Notes: generated by a model not told the origin, from the letters alone. A stretch of DNA of 32,000 nt from Propionibacterium ruminifibrarum (GCF_900289195.1 NZ_OMOH01000010.1:1-32000); one strand, 5' to 3'; positions 20,555 to 30,098 are shown, counted from the stretch's first letter. A program made the numbers and translations.

Positions 20555-21363
20555 CGGGACGGCTCCCTCCGCTGGGCGCTGGCCGTGGCGTACAGGCAGA
20601 TCGCCGCCGCGGTCGACACGTTGAGGCTCTCGGCCTGGCCCCACATCGGCACGGCCGCCACCTGGTCGGCGACGGCGAGCTGCTCATCGGGCAGCCCCCA
20701 GGCCTCGTTCCCCATCAGCCACGCGACCGGACGGGCCAGGTCGCCCCGGGCGTCGAGCTCGTCGAGGGCGGTCCCGCCGCCGTCGGCGGCCAGCACCGTC
20801 ATGGCCTGGGCATGGGCCCATTCGATCGTCTCGCCGAGGTCCGCGTCGGTGATGACGGGCAGGTGGAAGAGGCTGCCGACCGAGGCGCGCACCGTCTTGG
20901 GGTTGGTGACGTCGACCGACCCGCGGGTGCAGATCACGGCGTCCGCGCCGAAGGCGTCGGCGCACCGCACGATGGTGCCGGCGTTACCGGGATCACGCAC
21001 TTGGGCGCAGATGACGACGAGGCGGGGGCGCTGCACCTGCTCCAGGCGCGCCCGGGGCCAGCGGCAGACCGCCACGACGCCCTGCGGCGTGACCGTGTCG
21101 CACAGGGTGCGCAGATCCTCGGGGGCTGCGCGCACCACCTCGACGCCGCCGGCCATCTGGATGAGTTCACCGTGATGCTCCGGGTCGTCGACGACGAGCG
21201 TGACGACCACGCCGGGGCGCTTCAGCGCCTCACGCACGACCTGGGCGCCCTCGGCGAGGAACAGGCCCGTCTCGGCGCGGGTCTTCCGTCGCAGCAGACG
21301 ACGAGCCGAACCCAGCGCCCTTCTCGAGATGAGGGGGACGTCCGGGTCCGACTCGACCTTCAT
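20551..21363 (-). CDS. TrmH/SpoU-family RNA 2'-O-methyltransferase (TsnR-like)
   Basis: 270 aa with the SpoU motifs VRDPGNAGTIVRCADAFG, LMGNEAWGL and ESLNVSTAAAICLY. It occupies the conserved position between rplT and pheS. Confidence 0.88.
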   Translation of the reverse strand: MKVESDPDVPLISRRALGSARRLLRRKTRAETGLFLAEGAQVVREALKRPGVVVTLVVDDPEHHGELIQMAGGVEVVRAAPEDLRTLCDTVTPQGVVAVCRWPRARLEQVQRPRLVVICAQVRDPGNAGTIVRCADAFGADAVICTRGSVDVTNPKTVRASVGSLFHLPVITDADLGETIEWAHAQAMTVLAADGGGTALDELDARGDLARPVAWLMGNEAWGLPDEQLAVADQVAAVPMWGQAESLNVSTAAAICLYATASAQRREPSR

Positions 21364-21382
21364 GGTTTCGTCCGCAGCCGGA

Positions 21383-21754
21383 TCAGGCTGCGCCGGCGGC
21401 GGGCTGGTTCTCCTTGGCGACCTTCACCAGGGCCGAGAACGCGTTCGGATCACTGACGGCGAGATCGGCCAGGATCTTGCGGTCGACCTCGACCCCGGCG
21501 TTCTTCAGACCGTTGATGAAACGGTTGTAGGTCATGCCCTCGGCCCGTGACGCGGCGTTGATGCGCTGGATCCACAGCGAACGGAAATCGCCCTTCCTGG
21601 CCTTGCGGTCACGGAACGAGTAGGTGCCAGAGTGAAGCACCTGCTCCTTGGCCTTGCGGTAGAGGCGGGACCGCTGGCCGCGGTATCCCGATGCCTGCTC
21701 AAGGATCTCGCGGCGCTTCTTCTTCGCATTCACTGCGCGCTTGACGCGTGCCAT
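21383..21754 (-). CDS. rplT: 50S ribosomal protein L20
   Basis: The N-terminus is [26 protein letters not shown].... AAGGAG lies upstream. Confidence 0.96.
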   Translation of the reverse strand: MARVKRAVNAKKKRREILEQASGYRGQRSRLYRKAKEQVLHSGTYSFRDRKARKGDFRSLWIQRINAASRAEGMTYNRFINGLKNAGVEVDRKILADLAVSDPNAFSALVKVAKENQPAAGAA

Positions 21755-21799
21755 GGTTGTACTCCTTGGATTGAACGAACGGTGAGGGAGCCCGTCGGC

Positions 21800-21994
21800 T
21801 CAGATGCCGAGCATCCTGCGGGCCTTCTTGGCGTCGGCCTTGCCGAGCGGTGCGTCCACCGAGAGACGCCGGGTGCGCCTGGTGGGCTTGTGCTCGTTCA
21901 GGTGGGCCTTGCCGGCGCGGGCGTGCATGAGCTTGCCGCTACCGGTCACCTTGAAACGCTTCTTGGCACCGGAGTGCGTCTTCATCTTGGGCAT
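21800..21994 (-). CDS. rpmI: 50S ribosomal protein L35
   Basis: The N-terminus is [24 protein letters not shown].... I trimmed the ORF to the ATG at 21994, which is preceded by GGAGCGACAG. Confidence 0.95.
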   Translation of the reverse strand: MPKMKTHSGAKKRFKVTGSGKLMHARAGKAHLNEHKPTRRTRRLSVDAPLGKADAKKARRMLGI

Positions 21995-22066
21995 CTGTCG
22001 CTCCATTCACTATCGTCCGACGTCCACCGACGTCAGCTGGTTTTCGAGGTCTCGGCGATCTGCGGG

Positions 22067-22753
22067 TCACAGATCGACATCGGGGTCCATGTTGTCGGCC
22101 GGGCCCCGCTTCTTCTTCTTGGGCTGCTTCCTGGCCTCGGCGCGCAGCCGGGCCTCCTCGGCCTTCTCGGCGGCCGCCTCGTCGGCGCGCCGGGCCTGTT
22201 TGCGGGCCTTCTCCGCCTCCTGCTCGGTACGGGCCTCGCTCTTCTTGCGCGTGGGGGTCAGCACCATGTGCATGTTGCGCCCCTCCTGCCTCGGGCTCTG
22301 CTCGACGACACCGTCCTCGACGACGTCATCGGCCAGGCGCTTGAGCAGGGTGAGACCGAGTTCTGGGCGCGACTGCTCGCGGCCCCTGAACATGATGGTG
22401 ATCTTGACCTTGTCGCCGCCGCGGAGGAAGCGGACGACGTGGCCCTTCTTGGTCTCGTAGTCGTGCTCGTCGATCTTGGGACGGAGCTTCATCTCCTTGA
22501 CGACGGTGTTGGACTGGTTGCGGCGGGACTCGCGGGCCTTCTGAGCGTTCTCGTACTTGAACTTGCCGTAGTCCATGAGTTTGCAGACGGGCGGGCGCGC
22601 ATTCGCCGCGACCTCCACGAGGTCGAGGTCCTGTTCGCGGGCAAGCTGCATCGCCTGCTCGACGCGGACGATGCCGATCTGCTCGCCATTGGGTCCGACG
22701 AGGCGAACCTCGGGAACACGGATGCGCTCGTTGATGCGCAGTTCGTTGCTGAT
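22067..22753 (-). CDS. infC: Translation initiation factor IF-3 (non-AUG start)
   Basis: The IF-3 core is ...[22 protein letters not shown]...[15 protein letters not shown]...ITIMFRGRE.... There is no in-frame ATG or GTG near the N-terminus. GGAGGAC is followed by ATA (22756) and ATC (22753), and I prefer ATC because of its spacing. The C-terminus is a Lys/Ala/Glu-rich tail. Confidence 0.9.
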   Translation of the reverse strand: MSNELRINERIRVPEVRLVGPNGEQIGIVRVEQAMQLAREQDLDLVEVAANARPPVCKLMDYGKFKYENAQKARESRRNQSNTVVKEMKLRPKIDEHDYETKKGHVVRFLRGGDKVKITIMFRGREQSRPELGLTLLKRLADDVVEDGVVEQSPRQEGRNMHMVLTPTRKKSEARTEQEAEKARKQARRADEAAAEKAEEARLRAEARKQPKKKKRGPADNMDPDVDL

Positions 22754-22796
22754 TATGTCCTCCAATGATGTGACCGTCGTGACCGGTGGACGAAGA

Positions 22797-22822
22797 AGGC
22801 CTTCACCCGCGGGTGAAGGCCT
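22797..22822 (-). terminator. Terminator-like perfect 26-nt palindrome inside the infC leader (candidate attenuator)
   Basis: The sequence is AGGCCTTCACCCG|CGGGTGAAGGCCT. On the minus strand it is followed by TTCTTCGTCC, and it ends about 40 nt before the infC SD and start. Confidence 0.45.
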
Positions 22823-23076
22823 GGACGTGTCCGGACCGGACGCCGTCGGGGGAAGGGCCCCGGCCGGGCTGCTCGGGCAGCCGCGCGTCCTGCACTGGAA
22901 CTGACCCGCCACGCACCGCGCGGCAAGGTGGGAGATCAGGCCTCCACTTGCGTACTGATGGTGTCCTCGGACACCGGTCAACTCCTCAAGTCTAGATGAC
23001 ACCGACCCGGGAACGAAATCGACCGGCCACCGCACGGGCTCGGGCCACGGGAACGTTCGTGTGACAGTCTTGAGTC

Positions 23077-23559
23077 ATGAATGCCCAGACCCTTGCTCTC
23101 GTCGTCTCGGCCGCGCTGGTCGTCCTCGGCCTGTTGTACGCCGTCCTCGGATGGCGGAGCCGCCGCAGCGGCCGTGCCCTGCTGCGCGGTCTCGCCGTCT
23201 CGGTCTTCTTCGTCGGCGCCTGGCTGACCGGCGTGATGGAACTCCTGGCCGATGCCGCCCGCGGCCTCGTGGACTGGGCGCGCGGACAGGACCTGGACAC
23301 CATGATGTGGGCCGGCATCATCTGCGCAGGCCTGGGTGTGCTCCTCTACGTCATCGCCTCGTTCATGAGCGGCGTCAGCCGCGCCGAGGGAAAACGACGC
23401 CGTGAGGCCGCCATGCAGAAGCGCCTGGGTGTCACCACGGGCGCTTCGGCCACGACCCCCGCCGTCCCGTCGGGCTCGACCCCGGGCAGTGAGCCGGCTC
23501 CGAGCGACCTGGACGAGGACGAGATCACCACGATCCTGGAGCGCCGCGGCATCACGTGA
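23077..23559 (+). CDS. Hypothetical membrane protein (3-4 TM helices, disordered acidic C-terminal tail)
   Basis: 160 aa. The hydrophobic segments include LALVVSAALVVLGLLYAVLGW, LAVSVFFVGAWLTGVMELLA and MMWAGIICAGLGVLLYVIASF. The tail is ...PSDLDEDEITTILERRGIT. Third codon positions are strongly G/C. Confidence 0.7.
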   Translation: MNAQTLALVVSAALVVLGLLYAVLGWRSRRSGRALLRGLAVSVFFVGAWLTGVMELLADAARGLVDWARGQDLDTMMWAGIICAGLGVLLYVIASFMSGVSRAEGKRRREAAMQKRLGVTTGASATTPAVPSGSTPGSEPAPSDLDEDEITTILERRGIT

Positions 23560-23602
23560 GGGCGGTCCCGTCCTCGATCGACCCGTCCGGGTTCGACCGC
23601 CC
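23560..23602. terminator. Hairpin between convergent genes (membrane protein / hisG)
   Basis: GGGCGGTC (23560-23567) pairs with GACCGCCC (23595-23602), with further internal pairing. It fills the 45-nt convergent gap. Confidence 0.4.
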
Positions 23603-23604
23603 AT

Positions 23605-24450
23605 TCAGAGCCGGCAGGCCCCGAGTTCGGTCACGAGGATCGCGCGGGCGCCGAGGTCCCACAGCTCGTCCATGAGCCGCTGAGCATCACCGCGGCGCAC
23701 CATGGCACGCACCGCGACCCAATGGGGGCGCGCCAGTTCGGTGATGGTCGGGGCGGCGTAGCCGGGTGTCAGTTCGGTGGCCCTGTCGAGCACCCCGGTC
23801 GGGCAGTCATAATCCATGAGGACGTAGTCACGGGCCACGAGGACGCTCGACAGCCGACGGGTGAAGTGGTCGAGGGCCGTGGCGTCGATCTCACCGGAGT
23901 TGCGGCGGATGAGGATGCCCTCGCTCTTGAGGATCGGTTCGCCGAAGAGTTCCAGCCCCGCCTTGCGCAGCGTCGTGCCCGTCTCGACGACGTCGGCGAT
24001 CGCGTCGGCGACGCCGAGCGCGATGCTCGACTCGACCGCACCATCCAGGTGGACGAGACGGGCCTCGATGCCGTGCTCGGCGAGGTAGCGGCTGAGCAGA
24101 CCCGGGTAGCTGGTGGCGATGCGTTTGCCCTGCAGATCGGTCAGCCGGTAGCCGGCCTCCTTCGGGGCGGCGAAGCGGAAACGGCTGACACCGAAACCGA
24201 GCGAGAGGATCTCGCTGGCGGCGGCCCCGGAGTCGACGAGCATGTCACGGCCGGTGATGCCCAGGTCGAGGGTGCCCTCCCCCACGTAGACGGCGATGTC
24301 GCGCGGGCGCAGGTAGTAGAACTCGACGCCGTTCTCCTCATCGGCCAGGACGAGTTCCTTGGAGTCGCTGCGCTGCACGTACCCGGCCTCGTGGAGCATC
24401 TGCGCCGCAGCGGCTGCCAGGGCGCCCTTGTTGGGCACGGCGATGCGCAT
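23605..24450 (-). CDS. hisG: ATP phosphoribosyltransferase (long-form HisG)
   Basis: The sequence MRIAVPNKGALAAAAAQMLHEAGY...RPRDIAVYVGEGTLDLGITGRD... matches HisG, and a C-terminal regulatory domain is present. I chose the ATG at 24450 by analogy with HisG N-termini. An in-frame ATG at 24483 is the alternative. Confidence 0.9.
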   Translation of the reverse strand: MRIAVPNKGALAAAAAQMLHEAGYVQRSDSKELVLADEENGVEFYYLRPRDIAVYVGEGTLDLGITGRDMLVDSGAAASEILSLGFGVSRFRFAAPKEAGYRLTDLQGKRIATSYPGLLSRYLAEHGIEARLVHLDGAVESSIALGVADAIADVVETGTTLRKAGLELFGEPILKSEGILIRRNSGEIDATALDHFTRRLSSVLVARDYVLMDYDCPTGVLDRATELTPGYAAPTITELARPHWVAVRAMVRRGDAQRLMDELWDLGARAILVTELGACRL

Positions 24451-24532
24451 CAGTGTGTCTTCACTCACAACGGGATCCTTCATCGGTGGTCGCGGCCCCG
24501 CGGCCGCGGGGAGAGGTCTTCGAGCAGGCCTG

Positions 24533-24799
24533 TCACAGGTAACGGTAGACGTCGTCCAGGGCGAGTCCCTTGTCGATCATCATGACCTGCGCCCAGTACA
24601 GGAGCTGGCTGATCTCCTCGGCCAGCTGCTCACGTGACTGGTACTCGGCGGCCATCCAGACCTCGGACGCCTCCTCGACCACCTTCTTGCCGATGGCGTG
24701 GGTGCCCTCGTCCAGCTTGGCGACGGTACCGGAGCCCGCCGGGCGCTGGGCAGCCGTCCGTGTCAGTTCGGCGAACAGCTGATCAAAACTCTTGCTCAC
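24533..24799 (-). CDS. hisE: Phosphoribosyl-ATP pyrophosphatase
   Basis: 88 aa: [46 protein letters not shown].... The GTG start at 24799 is preceded by TAGGCT-GGCGCG, which is leaderless geometry. Confidence 0.9.
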   Translation of the reverse strand: MSKSFDQLFAELTRTAAQRPAGSGTVAKLDEGTHAIGKKVVEEASEVWMAAEYQSREQLAEEISQLLYWAQVMMIDKGLALDDVYRYL

Positions 24800-24912
24800 C
24801 GCGCCAGCCTAGCCCAGCCCCAGACGAGGCCCGGACGAGGCCGCTGTGCGGCGGCGACGGGATTTTGTCGGCCGACGCACCTACTATCGATATGCATTGA
24901 CAGGAGGTGTTC

Positions 24913-27078
24913 ATGGCACGAGAGTCGTCGCCCTCCCCTGAACGCGTGGGCCGAGGCGGGCAGAACGGTCTGTCCGCTCAGGATCCTCCGCGCGACAAGG
25001 ACACGTCCCGGAAGAAATGGCGGAGCGAGGCGCCTTCCGGCCCCCCGCCGCTCGACTCGCCCAAGCCGTGGCACACCGAGGGTCTGCCCGGCGATGACGG
25101 TGAGCGGCCCAAGCGACCGCTGTGGGTCCGCATCGCGCCGTGGCTCGTGCTGCTCGCCATCATGCTGGCCGCCGTCAGCTGGTACAACGAGTCGCGCAAG
25201 CCGCCGCAGATCAGCTACAACGAGTTCGTCACCCAGGTCAAAGAGGGCAACGTCGAGATCGTCCACGCCACCGGTGACACGATCGACGGCAAGCTGAAGG
25301 AGTCCCGCACCGTTCCGGAGGACTCCGAGGCCAAGGCCGGCCAGCAGTACACGCAGTTCACCACCGAACGCCCGACCTGGGCCGAGGACAACCTGCTCGC
25401 CCTGCTCAACGCGTACGGAGTCACCGTCTCGGCGAGTTCCACGGTCGAGAGCATGAGCCCACTGGCGAGCATCCTCATGGCCTTCGGCCCATGGCTACTG
25501 CTCATCGGCATCTACCTGTGGTTCATGAATCGCATGTCCAAGGGCGGTGGCCTGGGCGGGCTCGGCGGCATGGGCCGTGACGTGAAGCCGGTCCGCAAGG
25601 ACGTCGTCAGGGTGAACTTCTCCGACGTCGCAGGCATCGACGAGGTCCAGGAAGAGGTCAGCCAGATCGTCGACTTCCTGCGCAATCCCGAGAAGTACCG
25701 CCGGGTCGGTGCCCGGGCCCCCAAGGGCGTCCTGCTCGAGGGCGAGCCGGGCACGGGCAAGACGCTGCTGGCCCGCGCCACCGCCGGTGAGGCCGATGTG
25801 CCCTTCTACTCGGCCTCGGCCTCGGAGTTCATCGAGATGATCGTCGGCGTGGGCGCCCAGCGCGTGCGGCAGTTGTTCGACGAGGCGCGCAAGACGGCGC
25901 CCTCGATCATCTTCATCGACGAGATCGATGCGATCGGCCGGTCGCGCGCCTCCAACCGCGCGATGGGCGGTAACGACGAACGCGAGCAGACGCTGAACCA
26001 GATCCTCACCGAGATGGACGGCTTCGACGGCACCGAGGGCGTCATCGTCATGGGGGCGACCAACCGCGCCGACGTGCTCGATCCCGCGCTCACCCGTCCG
26101 GGCCGCTTCGACCGTGTCATCACGGTCAGCGCCCCCGACCAGAAGGGCCGCGAGTCGATCCTCAAGGTGCACACTCGCGAGATCCCGATGGCCCCCGACG
26201 TCGACCTGTCACGGATCGCCGCCTCGACACCCGGCATGACCGGCGCAGACCTGGCCAACCTCGCCAACGAGGCCGCCCTCCAGGCCGCTCGCCGCTCGGA
26301 CCAGGCCGTCTACCAGCGCGACTTCACCAATGCGCTCGAGCAGATCCAGCTCGGCGTCGCCCGTTCGGTGGTCATCCCCGATGACGAGAAGCGCCGGACG
26401 GCCTACCACGAGGGCGGGCACGCCCTGCTCGGCATGCTCCAGAAGGGCGCGGACCCGGTGCGCAAGGTCTCGATCATCCCGCGCGGCCAGGCCCTCGGCG
26501 TCACGCTGTCGACGCCCGACACCGACAAGTACGGCTACGACGAGGAGTACCTGCGCGGCCGCATCGTCGGCGCGCTGGGCGGCATGGCGGCCGAGGACGC
26601 GGTCTTCGGCGTCACCACCACCGGAGCCGAGTCCGACCTCACCCAGGCCACCAACATCGCCCGGCAGATGGTCGGTCGCTGGGGTATGAGCGAGAAGGTC
26701 GGCCCGGTGACGGTGCTCCCGCAGGACGCCGACCCGCACCAGCTCGGCATCTCCGATGCGACACTCGCGACGGTCGACGAGGAGGTTCGTCGCATCATCG
26801 AGGAGTGCCACGAGCAGGCCGTCACGCTTCTGCGTGAGCACCGCTCGCAGCTCGACGCGATCGCCGGCCAGCTGCTCCTGAGGGAGACCCTTGACGAGGC
26901 CGAGGTCTACGCGGCCGCCGGTATCGAGCACCCGACCAAGGACGCACCGGCGGACAAGGCGGCCGCTCGTCCCAGCGACGATGAGCTGGCCACGCTGCCC
27001 CCGCCGCAGCCGTCGGACGGACCGTCCGGGTTCGGCGGCGATGACTCCGGCCGGGGTCCGCTACCGCCGATCGGTTGA
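24913..27078 (+). CDS. ftsH: ATP-dependent zinc metalloprotease FtsH (possibly a paralog)
   Basis: The ATG at 24913 lies 5 nt after AGGAGG. The protein has two TM helices, Walker A GEPGTGKT, Walker B IIFIDEID, the SRH region [19 protein letters not shown], and the zinc motif HEGGHAL. Both termini are long and disordered. Confidence 0.92.
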   Translation: MARESSPSPERVGRGGQNGLSAQDPPRDKDTSRKKWRSEAPSGPPPLDSPKPWHTEGLPGDDGERPKRPLWVRIAPWLVLLAIMLAAVSWYNESRKPPQISYNEFVTQVKEGNVEIVHATGDTIDGKLKESRTVPEDSEAKAGQQYTQFTTERPTWAEDNLLALLNAYGVTVSASSTVESMSPLASILMAFGPWLLLIGIYLWFMNRMSKGGGLGGLGGMGRDVKPVRKDVVRVNFSDVAGIDEVQEEVSQIVDFLRNPEKYRRVGARAPKGVLLEGEPGTGKTLLARATAGEADVPFYSASASEFIEMIVGVGAQRVRQLFDEARKTAPSIIFIDEIDAIGRSRASNRAMGGNDEREQTLNQILTEMDGFDGTEGVIVMGATNRADVLDPALTRPGRFDRVITVSAPDQKGRESILKVHTREIPMAPDVDLSRIAASTPGMTGADLANLANEAALQAARRSDQAVYQRDFTNALEQIQLGVARSVVIPDDEKRRTAYHEGGHALLGMLQKGADPVRKVSIIPRGQALGVTLSTPDTDKYGYDEEYLRGRIVGALGGMAAEDAVFGVTTTGAESDLTQATNIARQMVGRWGMSEKVGPVTVLPQDADPHQLGISDATLATVDEEVRRIIEECHEQAVTLLREHRSQLDAIAGQLLLRETLDEAEVYAAAGIEHPTKDAPADKAAARPSDDELATLPPPQPSDGPSGFGGDDSGRGPLPPIG

Positions 27079-27099
27079 CGCACGCGCCCCGACCCATGA

Positions 27100-27129
27100 G
27101 TGGGCCCGGCCCTTCTGGGCCGGGCCCAC
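27100..27129. terminator. Strong bidirectional terminator hairpin between ftsH and mshC
   Basis: The sequence is GTGGGCCCGGCCC-ttct-GGGCCGGGCCCAC, a 13-bp perfect stem with a 4-nt loop. It lies in the convergent gap and is followed by TTCGG on the plus strand. Confidence 0.65.
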
Positions 27130-27202
27130 TTCGGCAAGTGCCCCGGTGTCGCACCGGCCCGGCGGGCACCCACCGCGGTGGGTTCGCCAGGCGGTCGGCC
27201 TG

Positions 27203-28465
27203 TCAGCGGATCAGTTCCACGCCCAGCAGGGCATCGACGGCCGCCGCCACCTGACCGGGGGCCTCCTCGTCCTGCCCGTCACCGGCGAGCACCGCCGAGC
27301 TCCACTCATCGATGACCGCCAGGGCGGTCGGGGTGTCCAGGTCATTGCGCAGCGAACGGCGCAGGTCGGCGATGACCGGCACGGCGCTCGTGCCGCGATC
27401 GGCCCGGACCGCAGCGCGCCAGGCGTCCAGGCGGCGCTGGGCAGCGCCGAGCTGCTCGGCGGTCCATTCCCAGTCGCCACGGTAGTGATGGCTGAGCAGC
27501 GCCAACCGGATGGCCATCGGATCGGCGCCGCCGGCCGTCAGGCGGCTGACGAGCTCAAGATTGCCGAGCGACTTGCTCATCTTCTCGCCATCCATGCCGA
27601 CCATTCCGACGTGGGCATAGGCCTCGGCGAATGGTTTCCCGGTGGCGGCGATGGCTTCGGCCGCGCACATCTCATGGTGCGGGAAGGCCAGGTCGCGACC
27701 GCCACCCTGGACGGCGAAGGCCGCGCCGAGCCGGTTCAGCGCGATGGCCGTGCACTCGATGTGCCAGCCGGGACGGCCGCGGCCCAGGGAGGAGTCCCAC
27801 GCCGGTTCCCCGGGTCGCTCGAGCCGCCAGACGAGGCAGTCGAGGGCGTCCTTCTTGCCCGGCCGCTCGGGGTCGCCGCCGTGCTCGGCGAACTCGGTGA
27901 GCATGGCGGCGCGTCCGAGATGGCTCTCGGTGCCGAACCCGGGAGCCTCGGCGGTACGGAAGTACCAGTCGGGGTGCTCGGGGTCATCGACCTGGTAGAT
28001 GAGCCCGGATTCGGCGAGCCTGTCCACCAGGGTGGTGACCTCCTCGATGATGGAGGTGGCGGGCACGTACCAGTCGGGGGGCAGGACTCGCAGCGCGGTC
28101 ATGTCGGAGCGGAACAGGTCGATCTGGTCGACTGCCAGTTCACGCCAGTCGACGCCGGTCGCGGCGGCGCGTTCCAGCAGTGGGTCGTCCACATCGGTGA
28201 CGTTCTGGGCGTACCGGACCGTGAGCCCGGCATCGCGCCACGCACGGTTCAGCACGTCGAACATGACATAGGTGAACGCGTGCCCGAGGTGGGTCGCGTC
28301 ATACGGGGTGATGCCGCACACGTACAGGCCGGCGACACCATGCTCGGGACCGACCGGGGTCAGCGCCCTGTCATTCGTGGTGACCAGACTCACCCGCTCC
28401 GGCACCCGGTAACTGCTCGGAGTGTCAGGGATCGTGGGGACCTCAACGGTTGGCCATGCGTACAT
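27203..28465 (-). CDS. mshC: L-cysteine:1D-myo-inositol 2-amino-2-deoxy-alpha-D-glucopyranoside ligase (mycothiol ligase MshC)
   Basis: This is a CysRS-like class-I fold ([21 protein letters not shown]) with the MshC-type length. It is closely co-linear with mycobacterial MshC ([12 protein letters not shown]..., GRPGWHIEC, GGGxDLxFPHHE). The ATG at 28465 is preceded by TATTTT-GAGGGC, which is leaderless geometry. A longer ORF start at 28522 is possible. Confidence 0.88.
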   Translation of the reverse strand: MYAWPTVEVPTIPDTPSSYRVPERVSLVTTNDRALTPVGPEHGVAGLYVCGITPYDATHLGHAFTYVMFDVLNRAWRDAGLTVRYAQNVTDVDDPLLERAAATGVDWRELAVDQIDLFRSDMTALRVLPPDWYVPATSIIEEVTTLVDRLAESGLIYQVDDPEHPDWYFRTAEAPGFGTESHLGRAAMLTEFAEHGGDPERPGKKDALDCLVWRLERPGEPAWDSSLGRGRPGWHIECTAIALNRLGAAFAVQGGGRDLAFPHHEMCAAEAIAATGKPFAEAYAHVGMVGMDGEKMSKSLGNLELVSRLTAGGADPMAIRLALLSHHYRGDWEWTAEQLGAAQRRLDAWRAAVRADRGTSAVPVIADLRRSLRNDLDTPTALAVIDEWSSAVLAGDGQDEEAPGQVAAAVDALLGVELIR

Positions 28466-28551
28466 GCCCTCAAAATACCTGTGCCCACTAGGCTGTCGCC
28501 TGGAGGCACACATGACGGGCATCAGCCAGGCCCGTGGGGCAGGAGATTTCG

Positions 28552-29532
28552 GTGAAGACGCGCACGGTGGGGGCCTCGGGGCTGGTGGTCAGCAGGCTGG
28601 GGCTCGGCACCATGACCTGGGGCGCCGACACCGACCTGCACACGGCCGAGAGCCTCGTCGAACGCTTCGTCGAGGCCGGTGGCACCCTCATCGACACGGC
28701 ACCGGCCTACGGCGGCGGAGCGGCCGAGAAGATGCTCGGCCGGATCGTCCGGACCCGCGTGCGACGGGACGACCTGGTCATCGCGACCAAGGCCGGTTTC
28801 GGTTTCCGTGACGGCCGCCAGCTGGTCGACACCTCGCGCAAGGCGATGCTCGATGACCTGGCCGGTTCCCTGCGTCGTCTCCGCACCGATCACGTCGACC
28901 TGTGGCAGGTGCACGCGTGGGGGCAGACCCCGTACGAGGAGACACTGACCGCGCTCGACACCGCCGTGAGTTCTGGCATGGCGCGCTATGTCGGTGTCTG
29001 CAACTACATCGGCTGGCAGGTGGGCACAGCGGCCGCATGGCAGAAGGCCGTGCCCGGGCGCGCCCCTCTCGTGAGCGGCCAGGTCGAGTACTCGCTCCTG
29101 GCCCGGCGGGCCGAGGTCGAGGTGGTCCCGGCGCTCGTCGCACACGACATGGGCCTCTTCGCATGGTCCCCCATCGGCCGGGGCGTGCTCACGGGCAAGT
29201 ACCGCAGGAGCGTTCCGCGCGACTCCCGTGGGGCCAAGGACCACTTCAGCTGGTTCGTCGAGCCCTACCTCGAGTCACGCAGCCGCATCGTCGTCGACGC
29301 AGTGGCCCGGGCCGCGGATGGCCTGGGGCTCACCCCCGCCCAGACCGCGTTGCTGTGGGTGCGCGACGCCCCAGGCGTCACCGCGCCCCTGCTCGGTGCG
29401 CGCACCGTCGACCAGCTCGAGCCGTATCTCGACCTTGAATCCGTCACCCTGCCCGAACCGATCGTCTCCGCTCTCGATGACGTGACGGGCGGACCCAATC
29501 AGGCCCGGACCCGCCAGGGGGCGGGCGACTGA
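28552..29532 (+). CDS. Aldo/keto reductase family oxidoreductase
   Basis: The GTG at 28552 lies 6 nt after AGGAG. The sequence [24 protein letters not shown]...[10 protein letters not shown]...DLWQVHAW... is typical of AKRs. Confidence 0.85.
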   Translation: MKTRTVGASGLVVSRLGLGTMTWGADTDLHTAESLVERFVEAGGTLIDTAPAYGGGAAEKMLGRIVRTRVRRDDLVIATKAGFGFRDGRQLVDTSRKAMLDDLAGSLRRLRTDHVDLWQVHAWGQTPYEETLTALDTAVSSGMARYVGVCNYIGWQVGTAAAWQKAVPGRAPLVSGQVEYSLLARRAEVEVVPALVAHDMGLFAWSPIGRGVLTGKYRRSVPRDSRGAKDHFSWFVEPYLESRSRIVVDAVARAADGLGLTPAQTALLWVRDAPGVTAPLLGARTVDQLEPYLDLESVTLPEPIVSALDDVTGGPNQARTRQGAGD

Positions 29533-29588
29533 ACCTACCCGTCCCGTCGGCGCCCGCCGAGCCGAGGAAGCAGGCCGCCCCGGCTGGT

Positions 29589-29837
29589 TCACACGAAAAC
29601 GGTGAGGCGGGCGCGGATGATCTTTCGTCGCAGCCAGACCTCGCGTGAACCGTCCCGGTAGCGGCGCAGCCGCCACAGCTCCCAGCCGTTGTGCTGGGCC
29701 TGCTCGGTGAGGATGCGTCGCGTCTGGTTCCGGGTCACCCAACGGGCGAGCCTGATCTGCTGCACCTCGTACTCGACCCCGCCGCGCATCTGCCGGGTCA
29801 GCTTCACCGAGGTGATGTGGTCCGTACCGCCGTCCAC
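29589..29837 (-). CDS. Small basic conserved hypothetical protein (resembles actinobacterial DUF5703-type proteins)
   Basis: 82 aa with strong G/C at third codon positions. The GTG at 29837 is preceded by ACAGGGGGT. The core EYEVQQIRLARWVTRNQTRRILTEQAQHNGWELWRLRRYRDGSREVWLRRKIIR resembles that family as I recall it. I could not verify the family assignment. Confidence 0.6.
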   Translation of the reverse strand: MDGGTDHITSVKLTRQMRGGVEYEVQQIRLARWVTRNQTRRILTEQAQHNGWELWRLRRYRDGSREVWLRRKIIRARLTVFV

Positions 29838-30001
29838 GAAGACCCCCTGTCCGTTCTCGAACCACGATGCTCTGATCGTATTCAGCTGGTCAACGCCCGC
29901 CGATCATGGCCGGCGTGGAGCGCAAACCCACGGACCCCTGATTCGCGTTCAACCCCGAGACTCTGGTAACATTCATTTTCGTTGCGGTCAGCCGCGACGA
30001 T

Positions 30002-30088
30002 GTCCGGGTGGCGGAATTGGTAGACGCGCTAGCTTGAGGTGCTAGTGGCCGCTTTTAGGCCATGGAGGTTCAAGTCCTCTCTCGGACA
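30002..30088 (+). tRNA. tRNA-Leu (anticodon GAG), class II with long variable arm; CCA not encoded
   Basis: The acceptor stem is GTCCGGG/CTCGGAC, including one G-T pair. The anticodon stem is CTAGC/GCTAG with loop TTGAGGT. The variable arm is GGCC-gctttta-GGCC. The T arm is GGAGG-TTCAAGT-CCTCT. The discriminator is A. Confidence 0.93.
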
Positions 30089-30098
30089 CTCGCTGGGA

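Noticed and set aside
20432-20644. The full 70-aa version of the small minus-strand ORF.
   Set aside because: Its first 30 codons overlap the trmH 3' end in another frame and are Arg/Gly/Pro-rich. Only the distal 40 codons, which have their own SD and GTGA coupling, look plausible.
26891-28555. 554-aa plus-strand ORF spanning the ftsH 3' end, the terminator and all of mshC.
   Set aside because: It is antisense to mshC, runs through a 13-bp terminator hairpin, and has Arg/Pro/Gly-rich composition. It is not a gene.
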